Below are positions 1 through 12,000 of a DNA stretch of 64,000 bases, piece by piece; the first letter of the stretch is position 1, and each line of letters begins with the position of its first letter. The DNA is from Methanotrichaceae archaeon (GTDB taxonomy: Archaea > Halobacteriota > Methanosarcinia > Methanotrichales > Methanotrichaceae), in assembly GCA_963813075.1 (NCBI GenBank), contig CAWEXU010000004.1:96001-160000 (forward strand). Direction: 5' to 3'. Below the pieces are notes generated by a model. The model saw nothing but the letters and a program-made list of their open reading frames with translations. It did no database searches and was not told the DNA's origin. The position numbers and the translations under genes are program-made.

Positions 1-109
1 CCAGGCCCGCCTTCTTGAAGACCTCCTGAGCTTTATGGATGCACTGGCATATGGTTTCCGACTCGTTTCTGGTGGGGATGATCAGGCTTATCCGGGGCAC
101 AATTTCCAT
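1..109 (-). CDS. Glycosyltransferase family 2 protein, N-terminal part (runs off window)
   Basis: Manual translation from ATG at 109: MEIVPRISLIIPTRNESETICQCIHKAQEVFKKAGL, matching the GT2 N-terminal 'SLIIPxxNE' motif. Confidence 0.75.
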   Translation of the reverse strand, partial: MEIVPRISLIIPTRNESETICQCIHKAQEVFKKAGL

Positions 110-173
110 TACTTTGGTTTAGCTGTTAAGCCTTTCCTTGCACAGACCAGCTACTGGAGCCGGGGGGGATTGC

Positions 174-410
174 TCAGAGCGTCTCGGGCTCGACCTCGTG
201 CTTGAAGGAGAGGGTCACCCTTGCCCTGTACTCCATTATCCCTCCCTCTCTGAGCCTCGTGTCCATTCTTGAAACCCTGGCCACCCTCATGTTTGAAAGA
301 TTTCGGTTCGCAGTATTGATTGCAGATTGGACTGCGTCCTCCCAGCTTTCAGTTGAGGTTCCCACGAGATCGATATAATTGTACACGCTCTTGCCAATTG
401 GCTCTTCCAT
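174..410 (-). CDS. Dodecin family flavin-binding protein
   Basis: 78 aa; 'VYNYIDLVGTSTESWEDAVQSAI...EYRARVTLSF' dodecin pattern. Confidence 0.9.
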   Translation of the reverse strand: MEEPIGKSVYNYIDLVGTSTESWEDAVQSAINTANRNLSNMRVARVSRMDTRLREGGIMEYRARVTLSFKHEVEPETL

Positions 411-487
411 AACAGATTATACGCTTTTATGATTGATATATCTTGTCAAAGAACAATCAAAGTCCAAGAGAAAAGAAATTCGCAGAT

Positions 488-1147
488 CTATTCTGCGCTC
501 TTCTCTTCGCTCTTCTCAGCCTCTTTGTCCCCTGCCTCGGGGGCATCTGCAGAAGGCTGATCCGCAGGTGGCTGATCCGCGAGAGGCTGATCCGCGGGTG
601 GCTTAACCTCGGGCTTCTTGGGTCCCTTGCCCATGGCCACCAAAGAGGCCTTGGCCTGGATCCTGGCCAGGGGATAGTCGTCCTTAGCCACCTTCTCCAG
701 GGCAGTTATCGCCCGGTTCTCCTTCAATTCGCCGACCACCCAGGCCGCTCCCGCACGCACATCCTTGTCCTGGTCTTCCAGGGCCTCAATCATGCGATCG
801 GACACCTGCTTTCCATAACCAGCAATGGCCACCATGGCATTGCTCTTGACCAGATACTCCTCGTCTTTGAGAGCCTCAATCAAAGCCTCAAGGGACTCAG
901 TCATATCCCGTTTGGAGAGGAGCATGATGGCATTGGAGCGCACAAGCATGTGCTTATCCTTGGTGGCGGCGATCAGCTTCTCCGTAGACCAGCTCATGTC
1001 TGGCAGGACGGCAGGCATGGTGGGCTCTGCTGCCCCGCAGGTTGGGCAGGCCTCATCAATCATGGAACGGGTGATTATGGGCTCTGCCTTCTCCTCTGTT
1101 TTGTTCTCTTCTGGCGTATTCTCAACCATTTTGTTCTCTTCTTCCAT
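488..1147 (-). CDS. HEAT repeat protein
   Basis: Repeated 'LIEALKDEEYLVKSNA / MIEALEDQDKDVRAGAA' HEAT-like units, N-terminal CPTC, Pro/Ala/Asp-rich tail. Confidence 0.85.
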   Translation of the reverse strand: MEEENKMVENTPEENKTEEKAEPIITRSMIDEACPTCGAAEPTMPAVLPDMSWSTEKLIAATKDKHMLVRSNAIMLLSKRDMTESLEALIEALKDEEYLVKSNAMVAIAGYGKQVSDRMIEALEDQDKDVRAGAAWVVGELKENRAITALEKVAKDDYPLARIQAKASLVAMGKGPKKPEVKPPADQPLADQPPADQPSADAPEAGDKEAEKSEEKSAE

Positions 1148-1164
1148 GCACTAGACTTTTGCCC

Positions 1165-1752
1165 CTATTCTACTTCAGCTTTTCCCAAAAGGAATGCCCT
1201 CTTGTTGGCCTCCAAATGCCTGGCGGGCACAACCTCGACCAGTGCCTGGATGATATGCTCCTCGGAGAGGGGAATATATTGGGAAAGGGCACCGAGCATC
1301 ACCACGTTCATGGCCTGTCGGGTTCCCGCCTTCCCCGCCAGTGCGACGGCATCCAGGGCCAGCACCCTCTGGCATTGGCTGCGCAGGGGGCTGATCAGCT
1401 CATCTATAGAGGGATAGCGGGCCCTTCCGGTGGTGACTGTGACCGGCAGGACCGGCTGGGTGTTGACCAGAGCGATCCCCTCCGGGGAGAGGAAATGGCC
1501 AAACCGCAGGGCTTCAGCCGGCTCCAGAGCGATCAGGAGATCGGCGCTTCCCGGGGAGACCATGGGGCTAAAGCGGCATCCTATGCGGGTGTGATTGATC
1601 ACGCTCCCACCTCTCTGGGCCATGCCGTGGGTCTCTGCACCCCGGACCGGCTTTCCCGCCAGGACTCCTGCCCTGCCGATCACGTCCGATATCAATATCA
1701 CTCCCTGGCCGCCAACGCCGACGATCACCATATCGCATTCTGAGGTCCTCAT
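1165..1752 (-). CDS. iorB: Indolepyruvate:ferredoxin oxidoreductase beta subunit
   Basis: 'IVGVGGQGVIL', 'ETHGMAQRGGSV' motifs; likely start MRTSECD at 1752, overlapping iorA stop. Confidence 0.93.
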   Translation of the reverse strand: MRTSECDMVIVGVGGQGVILISDVIGRAGVLAGKPVRGAETHGMAQRGGSVINHTRIGCRFSPMVSPGSADLLIALEPAEALRFGHFLSPEGIALVNTQPVLPVTVTTGRARYPSIDELISPLRSQCQRVLALDAVALAGKAGTRQAMNVVMLGALSQYIPLSEEHIIQALVEVVPARHLEANKRAFLLGKAEVE

Positions 1753-3534
1753 CTTCTCACCTCCAATATGGCAGAGCTGGGGCAGAGCTGGGCACAGATC
1801 CCGCAGCCGGTGCATAGATCGTTAATCCTCGCCACCTCGCCCTCAAACTCAATTGCCGGGCAGCCATACTCCACACAGATCCTGCATCCCTGACACTCTT
1901 CGCTCACCTGGAAGGCCCGTAGCCTGGCCCCGCTTCGGCGGGCCTTGATCACACAGGGCTGCCTGGCGATGACCACCGACAGGCCGGGATAATCCCGCGC
2001 CCTCTGGAATCCCTCTATCGTCCCCTCAAGGTCGTTGGGGTCCACAGTCTCGACCTGCCCTGCCCCCAGAGCCCTGGCCAGGGCCTCCAGCGAGACCTGG
2101 ACTGTGGGCTCGCCGGTGGCAGTTACCCCGGTTCCCGGATGGGGCTGATGGCCGGTCATGGCGGTGGTGGAGTTGTCAAGAATTGTCACTGTGATCCTGG
2201 CCTTATTGTAGGCGGCATTCAACAGGCCGGTCATGCCCCCGTGCAGGAAGGTGGAGTCTCCGAGGCTGGCGCAGATCCCCTCCGTCTCCCCGCCGAATCT
2301 TATGCCGCTGGCCAGAGTGATGCTCGCCCCCATGCATAGACAGGTGTCCACCGTCCCCATGCCCACCGCCATGGTATAGCAGCCTATGTCGCTGGGATAG
2401 ATCGCCTTCTTGCCATAGACCCGTCTCATGGCATAGTAGGTGGCACGGTGGCTGCAGCCCGGACATAAAGCAGGGGGCCGGGGCGGGACTATTTCTGCAG
2501 CAGTGAAGGTTTTTTTCTCCTTCACCTCCAGGCCGTTCATCCTGGCCAGGGCATCTCTCACCAAGAGGAAGTCCAGCTCACCCTCGCGAGGGATCCATTC
2601 TTCCTTGCCCAGAATCTCGACGGATGGATTTGCATCCTTTGCCAGCATCACCACCTGCTCTTCGGTCGACCGGCTCCAGCTCCTCGATCACCAGCACCCG
2701 CGAGACATGCTCGAGCATACGAGATATCAGCTTCTTTGGGGCAGGATAAGCGCCCACCCTGAGCAAAGAGTGGTCGAGGTCCAGATCCATGAGGGCCTCT
2801 TCGGCATACAGACCGGCAATCCCCGAGGCGATCACTCCCGTCTCCCCCCGGAGGGTGAGCCTGTTCCAGGGGCACCCCTCCAGCGCCTCTTCTATTGCCG
2901 GCTGCTTTGCCAATAGCTCGCTATGAAGCGGCCGGGCATGGCTGGGCAGGGCCACCCGTCGCGCAGGATTCTTGACGAAATGGCGCTCGCCGGAAGATGG
3001 CCGGTCCCCGCTCACCTCCACGTCCGCCCGGGCGTGAGAGACGCGGGTGGTGGGCCGGAGCATGACCGGGATGTTGAACCTCTCAGACAGCTCCAGGCCA
3101 TAGACTGCCATATCCCGCGCCTCCTGGGGGTCGGCGGGGTCCAGGCAGGGAATGGAGGCGAACTGGGAGTAGCGCCGGGAGTCCTGCTCATTCTGGGAGG
3201 AATGGCAGAAGGGGTCGTCGGCACAGATCAGCAGCAGTCCTGCTCCCACCCCCAGGTAGGCCAGGGTCATGAAGGGGTCGGCGGCCACGTTCAGGCCCAC
3301 ATGCTTCATGGTGGCCACTGAGCGGCAGCCGGTCCAGGAGGCACCTGCCGCCACCTCCAGTGCCACCTTCTCGTTCACAGACCATTCGATATGCAGGGGC
3401 AGATCGCCTTTCAGCTCCACCAGGGTCTCTATGATCTCTGAGGAGGGAGTTCCCGGGTAGCCGGCGGCAAGCCCCGTCCCCGCCTCCAGAAGGCCTTTGG
3501 CAATAGCTGCATTTCCGAGGAGATATTCTCTCAC
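1749..3534 (-). CDS. iorA: Indolepyruvate:ferredoxin oxidoreductase alpha subunit (1-nt frameshift near 2665, probably sequence error)
   Basis: 'LLGNAAIA..YPGTPSSEI', 'RPPALCPGCSHR', 'GDSTFLHGG', C-terminal 2x[4Fe-4S]; ORFs 2578..3534 and 1749..2654 join at IEELEPV/EEQVVMLAK. Confidence 0.92.
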
Positions 3535-3684
3535 AAAGAACCATCCTTTTAATATATTTCAATTATATTCTGTCTCTGAGAGGGTCAATGCCCTTCTCTC
3601 TGATAACCGTTTTGATGCCGCTGACCGGCACACTGCCCTCCTATTCCACAAAATTGATAATCCCCCCCACCGTCCCTGCTAATT

Positions 3685-4734
3685 ATGCTCCCCTGGCAAT
3701 CCGATTCTGTGGGTTCGATCTACAACTATCTCTCTCCTGGCTGCCTGATCTGCCGGCAGGGGGCGGGCCTGGTCCTCTTCGTCACCGGCAGGTGCGAAAG
3801 GAATTGCTTTTACTGCCCCATCTCCGAGGAGCGGAGGGGTAAGGATGGAGTTTATGCCGATGAGCAGCCAGTACAAGAGCTGGCTGACATCCTGAATGAG
3901 GGCCGGGCCATCGGCGCTCTGGGCACGGGCATCACCGGTGGAGAGCCCCTCTTAAGGCTGGACTACGTCTTGAAGTGCATCCGGGCATTGAAAGAGGAGT
4001 TCGGAAGCGAGCACCACATCCACCTCTACACCGGCATTCTGCCCAATAGATCTGTCCTGGAGAGGCTGGCCGGGGCCGGCCTGGACGAGATCCGCTTCCA
4101 TCCCCCGGACGAGGAATGGTCCAATCCCACCGGTCTGAAAAAAGCATTGCAGGAGGCGAAATCATTGGGATTGGAAGCGGGAGTGGAGATCCCGGCGTAC
4201 AGGCCCGCGCCCCAGATCGTTCAGGCGGTCAGGGAGGCAGATGCCTTTCTGAATCTCAATGAGCTTGAGTTCTCGGAGACCAACTTCTCCCGCCTCAGGG
4301 ATGAGGGCTTTGCTCCCATCGACCTTGGCTGCGGTGCAGAGGGCAGCGAAGATCTGGCGCGGGATTGCTATCTGGTGGATGACATCAAGGTGCATTACTG
4401 TCCCTCTCGCTTCAAGGACGCGGTGCAACTGAGAGAGAGGCTGCGACGCCGGGCGGAGAGAACATCCAGGCCGCTGGATCAGGTCACCGATGAGGGGACC
4501 ATAATCCATGGCATAATCGAGGGGGAGAAAGATAGCCTCAAGTCCGCTCTTGGGATCATCAGAGAGCTACAGGTGCCTGATGATATGTACTCCTGCCTGA
4601 CAGGAAGGATAGATATCGCCGCCTGGATCCTGGAGGAGATATGTCCGGATCTCGAGGGCAGCAAATGCATTCTTTCTATAATTGAGAAATATCCTCTGAA
4701 GGACGGTCCGGTCGTGGAGAGAATACCTTTATAA
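3685..4734 (+). CDS. Radical SAM protein (archaeal PFL-activase-like family)
   Basis: CxxxCxxC motif 'CERNCFYC', 'GITGGEPL'. Confidence 0.88.
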   Translation: MLPWQSDSVGSIYNYLSPGCLICRQGAGLVLFVTGRCERNCFYCPISEERRGKDGVYADEQPVQELADILNEGRAIGALGTGITGGEPLLRLDYVLKCIRALKEEFGSEHHIHLYTGILPNRSVLERLAGAGLDEIRFHPPDEEWSNPTGLKKALQEAKSLGLEAGVEIPAYRPAPQIVQAVREADAFLNLNELEFSETNFSRLRDEGFAPIDLGCGAEGSEDLARDCYLVDDIKVHYCPSRFKDAVQLRERLRRRAERTSRPLDQVTDEGTIIHGIIEGEKDSLKSALGIIRELQVPDDMYSCLTGRIDIAAWILEEICPDLEGSKCILSIIEKYPLKDGPVVERIPL

Positions 4735-4772
4735 TCCTTAAATTCATTCTTTCGGGGCGGTGATTTTGCCGG

Positions 4773-5075
4773 ATGGAGAGCGCGGAAGAACGGATCCAGG
4801 AGAGACTGAGGAATTATCTTAAGCGGGATGGTGTGGGAATCCGGAAGGCAGTCTTAAAGCTTTTCCTGAGTGATGGTGCCTATACCACGGAGGACGTTTT
4901 TACCTATCTCGCGAAGGAGGGTTTCGACGTCAGCTACCGGGGGGTTTCGGCGATGGTCGGGCTCATGAACACTCGCCTGGGCATTTTGAGCATTGATGTC
5001 TCGGGGGATCACAACGTCTACTCCCTTAAGGGGGACCACAAAGGAGTGGTGAGGTCCGTTTTGGAGAATTATTGA
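4773..5075 (+). CDS. Conserved methanogen winged-helix-like protein (DUF2551-like)
   Basis: 100 aa; 'RLRNYLKRDGVGIRKAVLKLFL...VSAMVGLMNTRLGIL' recalled as DUF2551. Confidence 0.7.
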   Translation: MESAEERIQERLRNYLKRDGVGIRKAVLKLFLSDGAYTTEDVFTYLAKEGFDVSYRGVSAMVGLMNTRLGILSIDVSGDHNVYSLKGDHKGVVRSVLENY

Positions 5076-5216
5076 TCTTAATGTACGCTCGGCAATTCTT
5101 ACATGTCAACGGCATTATATTTGTATTTGCATAAAATTGACGTTAATACTATAATGATAGTATGATGCTGGTGCCTGAACATCTCTTTCGCCCTTCTGTC
5201 CCTTTTAGCCATGAGC

Positions 5217-6720
5217 TTAGTTGGGCGGCTCTCCCCTTTTCATTCTTTTTAGATATTTATTAAGGGCTACATCTGCGATCAGATTCACTCCGGTCAGGGC
5301 AGCATGAACCAGCGGTCCTGCGGTCATCCTCTCCCGATAGAGGTGATGCAGTCTCTTCAAATGTTTGAGGTTGTACTCCAGGCATAACCCCACCAGATGC
5401 CAGTGCTCAGGCAATGCATCAGCCTTTGAAAATCCTCTGGTGCCGCCCAGCTTCGTCTCGGCGATGGTGGTGAAAAAGAGGGGCAGCATGAGGCCGGTGT
5501 AGTCCATAAGAGACTCCACCAACTCCGTGGTCCGGATGACATCCTCCGCCGTCTCCCCAGGCAGGCCCAAAACCAGGCTGGCCACAGGAAGCCAGGATTC
5601 CTGGTCAAAGAGTCGGTAGCAGTCCCTTACGATCTGGGGCCAGTTCTCGATCTCTCCCGGAAGCGCCTTTTGGGGCATATGCATCTTCAGGATGCGGCAG
5701 CTTCCCGTCTCTATCCCGATCCACGCGGACATATGGTTCTGATCCGAGCCTATGCCCACGATCTGGGAGATCTCTCTTAAGAGTTCCTGGTTCTGGTGGA
5801 CCGAGGCCAGGCTGAGGTGGGAGAAGTCCAGTGTCTTGGGCCCCAGCTTTTTGACCTTTGTCACGAGCTCAGTCATCTTCTCTTCATTCGGCCTCATCCC
5901 TTTGGAGCCGTAGGAGAAAACGTCCTCGCTGTGAAGGATGATATCCCTCTGGCCGCAGTCCAGGTTCACCTGCACGTCTTTCAGGATATTCTCCACCGGC
6001 CGGTGGCGCACAGAACGCATGGCGGGAGAGCAGAAGGCGCATCCTCTCCAGCAGCCCCTGCCGATCTCCACAATCCCGCCGATGCTCGCCCCTCTGTTTA
6101 CCGGTATCTTCTCCCCGGGCACCGCTGATCCCCGCAACACCTTAGGAACGGCCTCTCCTCTCAGTATCTGCCGGCAGATCTCAGGAAAATCGCTCTCGCC
6201 CTCTCCCAGGTAAACGTGGTCGACATCCACCTTCTCTCCCATGACCTCCCAGGAGCCGTTTCCACCCAGAACCACTCGTCGGACGGTGCTCTCTTATCAG
6301 GGGGTGGCTCAAAAGCTCGAGGAACCGGGAGCGATTGAATGGGGGGCCGCGGCGGATGATATCCTCTATCTGCCGGAAGGCGATCTTCCCCATGGGGTCG
6401 TCATGGGTTATCCCCACGATCCTGGTCTCCGGTCCTATGGCCCGGTCCAGGTGAAGGGGATGGGCCACCATCACCTCATCGCGAGAGAATCCTGACTCCA
6501 GGAGGGCTGCTTCCACCTTTCTCATGCCGCAGGGGGCAATTGCCGCCGATCCGTCCTCCAGCGACGGCACCGGCGGACAGAAGAAATTACCGAAGACCCG
6601 GTCGGGCAGGGTTGCCCGGGGCATGATGGCAGCAAAGCCGAGCATCACCCCACCGTGATAGCTGCTCATCATGGTGGTATCGCTGGTGAGGACAATTTTC
6701 TTGCCTGGAAATTGGGCCAT
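5217..6720 (-). CDS. B12-binding-domain radical SAM protein (frameshift near 6277)
   Basis: ORFs 6181..6720 and 5217..6275 join at HRP/VVLGGNGSW; 'VEIGRGCWRGCAFC' radical SAM motif. Confidence 0.85.
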
Positions 6721-6811
6721 CTATCGACCTCTGATTCTCTTTTGGCAGATAACGTTATTGGACAGTACTGGCCCCAATAAGTTTTTATCAGATCGTCGTC
6801 CCCTAATCGCT

Positions 6812-8314
6812 GTGCAAGAGAAGTCGTTATCGGAGATCAACGAACGCATTCGCAACGGCTCTGCCCGCGTGGTTACGGCAGAGGAGATGCCAGATCTCGT
6901 AGATGAGCTGGGCACGGCAGGAGCGGTGCGTGAGGTGGATGTAGTCACCACTGGTACCTTCGGCGCCATGTGCTCTTCTGGGGTTTTTCTCAATTTGGGC
7001 CATAGCGATCCGCCCATAAAGATCGCCCGCGCCTATCTGAACAAGGTGGAGGCCTATGGCGGAGTCGCCGCTGTCGACCTGTTCCTGGGGGCGACTCAGC
7101 CCTCCGAGGACCGGGGGATCGAGTATGGTGGGGCGCATGTTATGGAGGACCTGGTTACGGGAAAGCAGATTGAGGTTGAGGCTCAGGGCGCTCCCTCGGA
7201 CTGCTACCCCCAGATGGAGCTGGAGACCAGCCTCAGGCTGGAGGACTTCAACCAGGCCACCATGGTCAATCCCCGCAATGCCTATCAGCGTTACAATGCC
7301 GCTACCAACTCCTCGGACCGGACTATGCACACCTATATGGGAACGCTCCTCCCGGGCTTCGGCAATGTCCATTACAGCGGGGCCGGGGTGCTCTCTCCTC
7401 TCTCCAACGATCCGGGCTTCGAGTACATCGGGGTAGGGACGCGCATCTTCCTGGCGGGAGCTCAGGGCTATGTCATGGGTGCGGGAACCCAGCATAATCC
7501 GGAGAATGACTTCTCCACTCTGATGGTCACCGGCGACCTGAAGAGGATGAACAACAGTTTCCTGCGGGCGGCCACATTTCATCGATATGGGCCCAGCCTC
7601 TACCTGGGGATAGGAATCCCCATACCGATGCTCAATGAGAGGCTCGCCAGGAGCACTGCGGTGCGGGACAGCGATATAACTGTCCCGGTGCAGGACTATG
7701 GCATCCAGCGCCGGGATAAGCCCTCGGTGAGGATGGTCAGCTACGAGGAGCTGAAGTCTGGTTTTATCGACCTGGGGGGAAAGGAGGTCTCCTGCTCATC
7801 TCTCTCCAGCTTCCAGATGGCAAGAGAGGTTGCCCGAACACTAAAAGAGCAGGTGGAACGGGGCGAGTTTTTGCTCAGCCAGACGGCAGAACCCTTACCC
7901 CGGGTGGGAAGCTCCCGGCCCATGAAGCAGACCAAGGAGTCGCCCAATGTGGGTGATGTCATGAGCCGGGATGTGGTCACCGTCTTTGAGGACATACCGG
8001 TGGAGAAGGCGGCTAAATTGATTGTCAGCGGCAGCTTCGACCATCTGCCGGTGGTCTCCAGGGATGGGAGGCTGATCGGCATCATCACCGCCTGGGATAT
8101 ATCCAAAGCGGTGGCCAGCGGAAAGCCATCCCGGATAACGGAGATCATGACCCGCCGGGTCCATTCCGTCCGGCTGGACGAGCCCATTGAGCTTGCTGCC
8201 CGCACCCTGGATACGCATAGCATCTCTGCTCTGCCGGTGGTGGACAGAAAGGATAAGGTGATAGGAATGATTACCAGCAACCATATCTCTCGCCTCTTGG
8301 CCCGGAGGCGATAG
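6812..8314 (+). CDS. L-aspartate semialdehyde sulfurtransferase (DUF39 + CBS; homocysteine biosynthesis)
   Basis: 'KSLSEINERI..VVTAEEM..VDVVTTGTFGAMCSSG' DUF39 N-terminus, two C-terminal CBS domains; GTG start at 6812 preferred over 6671. Confidence 0.9.
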   Translation: MQEKSLSEINERIRNGSARVVTAEEMPDLVDELGTAGAVREVDVVTTGTFGAMCSSGVFLNLGHSDPPIKIARAYLNKVEAYGGVAAVDLFLGATQPSEDRGIEYGGAHVMEDLVTGKQIEVEAQGAPSDCYPQMELETSLRLEDFNQATMVNPRNAYQRYNAATNSSDRTMHTYMGTLLPGFGNVHYSGAGVLSPLSNDPGFEYIGVGTRIFLAGAQGYVMGAGTQHNPENDFSTLMVTGDLKRMNNSFLRAATFHRYGPSLYLGIGIPIPMLNERLARSTAVRDSDITVPVQDYGIQRRDKPSVRMVSYEELKSGFIDLGGKEVSCSSLSSFQMAREVARTLKEQVERGEFLLSQTAEPLPRVGSSRPMKQTKESPNVGDVMSRDVVTVFEDIPVEKAAKLIVSGSFDHLPVVSRDGRLIGIITAWDISKAVASGKPSRITEIMTRRVHSVRLDEPIELAARTLDTHSISALPVVDRKDKVIGMITSNHISRLLARRR

Positions 8315-8316
8315 CC

Positions 8317-8703
8317 TTGAAGCTGATGCTTCATGTGGCTCCGGGCATTGTCCGCCATCCCATCGTCGCCTCGGTGATTCTGGAGACCAAAGCCCTGGTG
8401 AACATCGAGAGGGCGAGCATCAATGCGGTGAGCGGCGAGATCGTCCTGGAGGTCCCGCCTGAAAAGTGCCGGGAGGTAATGGAGGCCTTCGAGAGGCGAG
8501 GGGTGAGGGTCGTGCCCCTGGAGATACCGGTGATCAGGGATGAGGCCGAATGCGTGAACTGCGGGGCATGCGTCTCCATATGCCCCACCGGGACATTTCG
8601 CTTTGATGACTGGCGAGTGGTTGCCGACTCGGGAAAGTGCATTCAATGCGGAGCCTGCGTTGTGGGCTGTCCGCAGAGGGCCTTGAAGCTGGTCTTAAAG
8701 TAG
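8317..8703 (+). CDS. NIL-domain 2x[4Fe-4S] ferredoxin, partner of the DUF39 sulfurtransferase
   Basis: N-terminal NIL-like domain plus 'CVNCGACVSICP' and 'CIQCGACVVGCP'; adjacent to DUF39 gene. Confidence 0.88.
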   Translation: MKLMLHVAPGIVRHPIVASVILETKALVNIERASINAVSGEIVLEVPPEKCREVMEAFERRGVRVVPLEIPVIRDEAECVNCGACVSICPTGTFRFDDWRVVADSGKCIQCGACVVGCPQRALKLVLK

Positions 8704-9041
8704 CTCCCTTTGGAGGAAAGCTTCGGTCTTCTTTATTTTTTCACCTTAGATTGTATTTATTTATTCTGTTAATCTTCATATCAATATTAAGGCACGCATA
8801 TTATACCATTAACATTCTAAAGAAATAGAAGAATTTATATGGCCGGACAGTTTATAGTGATGTAGTATGTTGCAGCAGAACGAACGGTTGCAAGGATGAC
8901 ATGATATGTTGTTTGATGCCGATCTTATGGCAGGCGAGAATATAGCATTCCTCAAAGAGATGGCATTATTCAAACATGTCACCCATCTTGAGCCCGGCAT
9001 AAGATTCCTTGTTCGTTTGCATCCTGGGGGGGGAGGTCGAT

Positions 9042-12000
9042 ATGGATTCAAGCTCTGAGAGCGTCGTCTCCTCCCTTGGCTCTTTCGCTGAGATGCTCTC
9101 AGACCCGGAGGGGTACGATCCGGAGAGGCTGAAGAGCCTATCGTTTGCCGTTCCATCTCTCCTGTCCTCTTTCATCGAGGCCATGCTCTCCTCCGATGAG
9201 GATGTCATGAAAGAGCGGCTCGGAGACCTGGAGGATTATGCCACCCAGGTCAACAGCGTCCAGGCCTGGTTCAATCTGGGAAGGCTTGCTCATCGTCTAT
9301 TCTTTCATCAGGCGGCCATTGAATACTATCGCAATGCTTTCGATCTGGCCGAAATCCAGGGAGATGATTCCCTGGCCAGGATCCTATTATGTCAGGGGAA
9401 CCTGTACGGAGAGGAGGAGGACTGGCCACGGGCCTGCCAGTGCTATGAGTTGGCCCTGACGGCCATAGATGCGATCAAGAGGCCAGTTCTATTGCCAACA
9501 GTTCTGGATAGCCTGGGTCGAGCCTACCGGCAGCAGGGTGATTACCATCAAGCCCGGATGTGCTATGCCCGCATCCTGGAGATCCTGGACTCAAAGGACA
9601 GAGAGGGAAGGATAGAGGCCACAGGCAACCTGGCAGAGCTGTGTCAGATCCAGGGCGATATGGAACGGGCAGAGGAACTTTATCAGATATGCCTGAAGGA
9701 GAGGGAGCGGTCGCACGACCCGGCGGGAGCGGCATCCGCTCTTGCCTCCCTCGCCACCATCTACTGGCAGACCGGCAAGGGCAAGAGGGCCGAGATTTGC
9801 CTCCAATCCGCCAGCCATATGCTGATTGATCTGGGAGAGCACACCGGGGCAGCGGAGATGCAGAGCCGGCTTGCGGATATATATTTTCAGGAAGGCAGAT
9901 TCAAGGACGCTCTGGAGCTCTATTCTAAGAGCATCGCCGTTTTGCGGAAAGGCAATCCTCCTCTGGCCTCTCAGGTCCTCTGCCATATGAGTCAATGCTT
10001 CCTGGAAGAAGGGGATTGGATCCAGGCCGAAGACCATCTGCAAAGGGCAATAGCTCTCATGGAGGAGCATGGCGATTCCCCCTCTCGCGGCCGGGCTCTT
10101 ATCCTCCTGGCGGGCATTCACCATAAGCAGGGGCTGCTGGAAGAGGCCCTGCAGTGCTCCTGTGAGAGCCTGAAGATCAGGGAGAGAGCCAGGGATTGGA
10201 GCGGATCTGCCGAAGCCCTGAACCGCATGGCCAGGATCTGCAGCGACCGCTCAGACTGGCCGGAGGCGATCGAGTATTACCAGAGGGCAGCAGACCTTTT
10301 TATGGAAAACGGGGAGGACGCCTCCGCCGCCGAGGCCCTGTCCAATCTGGGGGGAGTGTATCAGCTGAAAGGAGATCTGGACGTGGCCCTGGAGCTGCAC
10401 TGCCAGGCCATTGAGATCTTCTGCCGGCTGGGAGAGAGACAGGGGGCCTCCGTGGCCCAGTCAAACATCGGCCTGGTCTATCAGAGCAAGGGAGATCTGT
10501 GCCTTGCCCAGGAGTTCTTCGAGAAGAGCATCGCCACCAAAGAGGAGCTGGGAGACGATCTGGGCATTGCTGGCACCAGGCTGAATCTAGGCCAGGTCCT
10601 TCAGCTCCGGGGAGATTGGGACCGGGCCCAATCCTGTTTTGAGGAATCGGCCAGGGCATTTGAGAATCATGGAGACCTGCAGGGTCTGGCGGCAGCAGAG
10701 AACAACCTGGGAAACCTCTGCCTGGACCGGTCCGATCCCATGCATGCCATCTTATGGTACCGTCTGAGCCTGGAGGCCAGGGTTGCCCTGGATGACAAGC
10801 ACGGCATGGCCACGACCCTGGGAAACCTGGCAGGGGTCTATCTCCAGACCAAAGACGGGGAGAGGGCGGCGGAGCTGTACCGGCAAAGCCTGGAGTCATT
10901 CAGAGAGGTGGGGGATGCTTATGGTGAGGCCAGATCGCTCTACGGCCTGGGAAGATGTCTGGCCGAAATAGGCGATCTGGAGGGGGCCGGAGAATGCTAC
11001 CGGGACTGTCTGGAGCAGCAGATCGAGAGGGAGGATTCCCGTTCTATGATCGAGGTGCTCGAGTCACTGGTGCAGCTGATACTGCGAAAAGGGGGATGGC
11101 AGGAGGCCCAGGCCAGGTACACTCAGGTGCTGGAGGCATTTCGCTCCAGGGATGACCCTCAGGCCGTGGCTGCGGTCCTGTGCTCTCTGGGAAATCTTCA
11201 TGCCGATCTCGGCCAGTGGGATGAGGCCACAAAGGACTACAATGAGAGCCTGGCGATCATGGAGGGGCTGGGGGACCAATACTCCGTTTCCGTAGCCAGG
11301 AACAACCTGGGCAATATCTGCTACCGTCGAGGTGACTGGGCTGCTGCCCTGGAGAATTATCGCCTGAGCCTGGAGGGCTTCGGCAGAGCAGGTGACCTGA
11401 TGAGCGAGGCCTCGGTTCTGAGCAATATGGCCAGCCTCTGCTATAAGAGAGGCCAGTGGCCCGAGGCTCGGGATAGCTATAACAAGAGCCTGAGCCTCTT
11501 TGAAAAACTGGAGGACTCAGCCGGCGTGGCCCGAGTGCTGGAAAATCTGGGAAACCTCTACCACCGCCAAGGAGAGCGCGATCTTGCGGCAGAGCACTTC
11601 CAAAGGGGCCTGAAGATCTGCAGACGCCTGGGTGACCAGGAGGGAGCAGCACAGATGCAGTCCAGCTTGGATATGATCCGGGAAAGCCTGGGCATATCTC
11701 CCGATATCGAGGATTACAGGAGCCAGCTGAAAGAGCTCGAGCAGGAAGGCGATATCTCCGGCCAGGGGGAGGTCCTCTCTGCTCTCGCCGGCTGTTATGC
11801 AGATCAGGGACTGTGGAACGAGGCCATCTCCTGCTACCAGAAGAGTCTGGAGCGGTTTGATGAGTGCGGAGAGATCTATAACTCCGGCCAGGTCCTCTTC
11901 AATACCGCCCTGGTCAATAAAGATATGGGTGACCTTGGCCGGGCCAAGTCCCTGCTTGAGGGGGCCTTAAACATTTTCCAGATGCTGGGTGCCCTGCCCT

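Noticed and set aside
545..602. 15-bp tandem repeat in the HEAT gene
   Set aside because: It is an ordinary in-frame low-complexity linker (PPADQ repeats).
443..1417. Long antisense ORFs (e.g. 443..1417, 7741..8646, 16353..17345, 23252..24097, 35916..36848)
   Set aside because: They are shadows of GC-rich, codon-biased genes on the opposite strand with no recognisable motifs.
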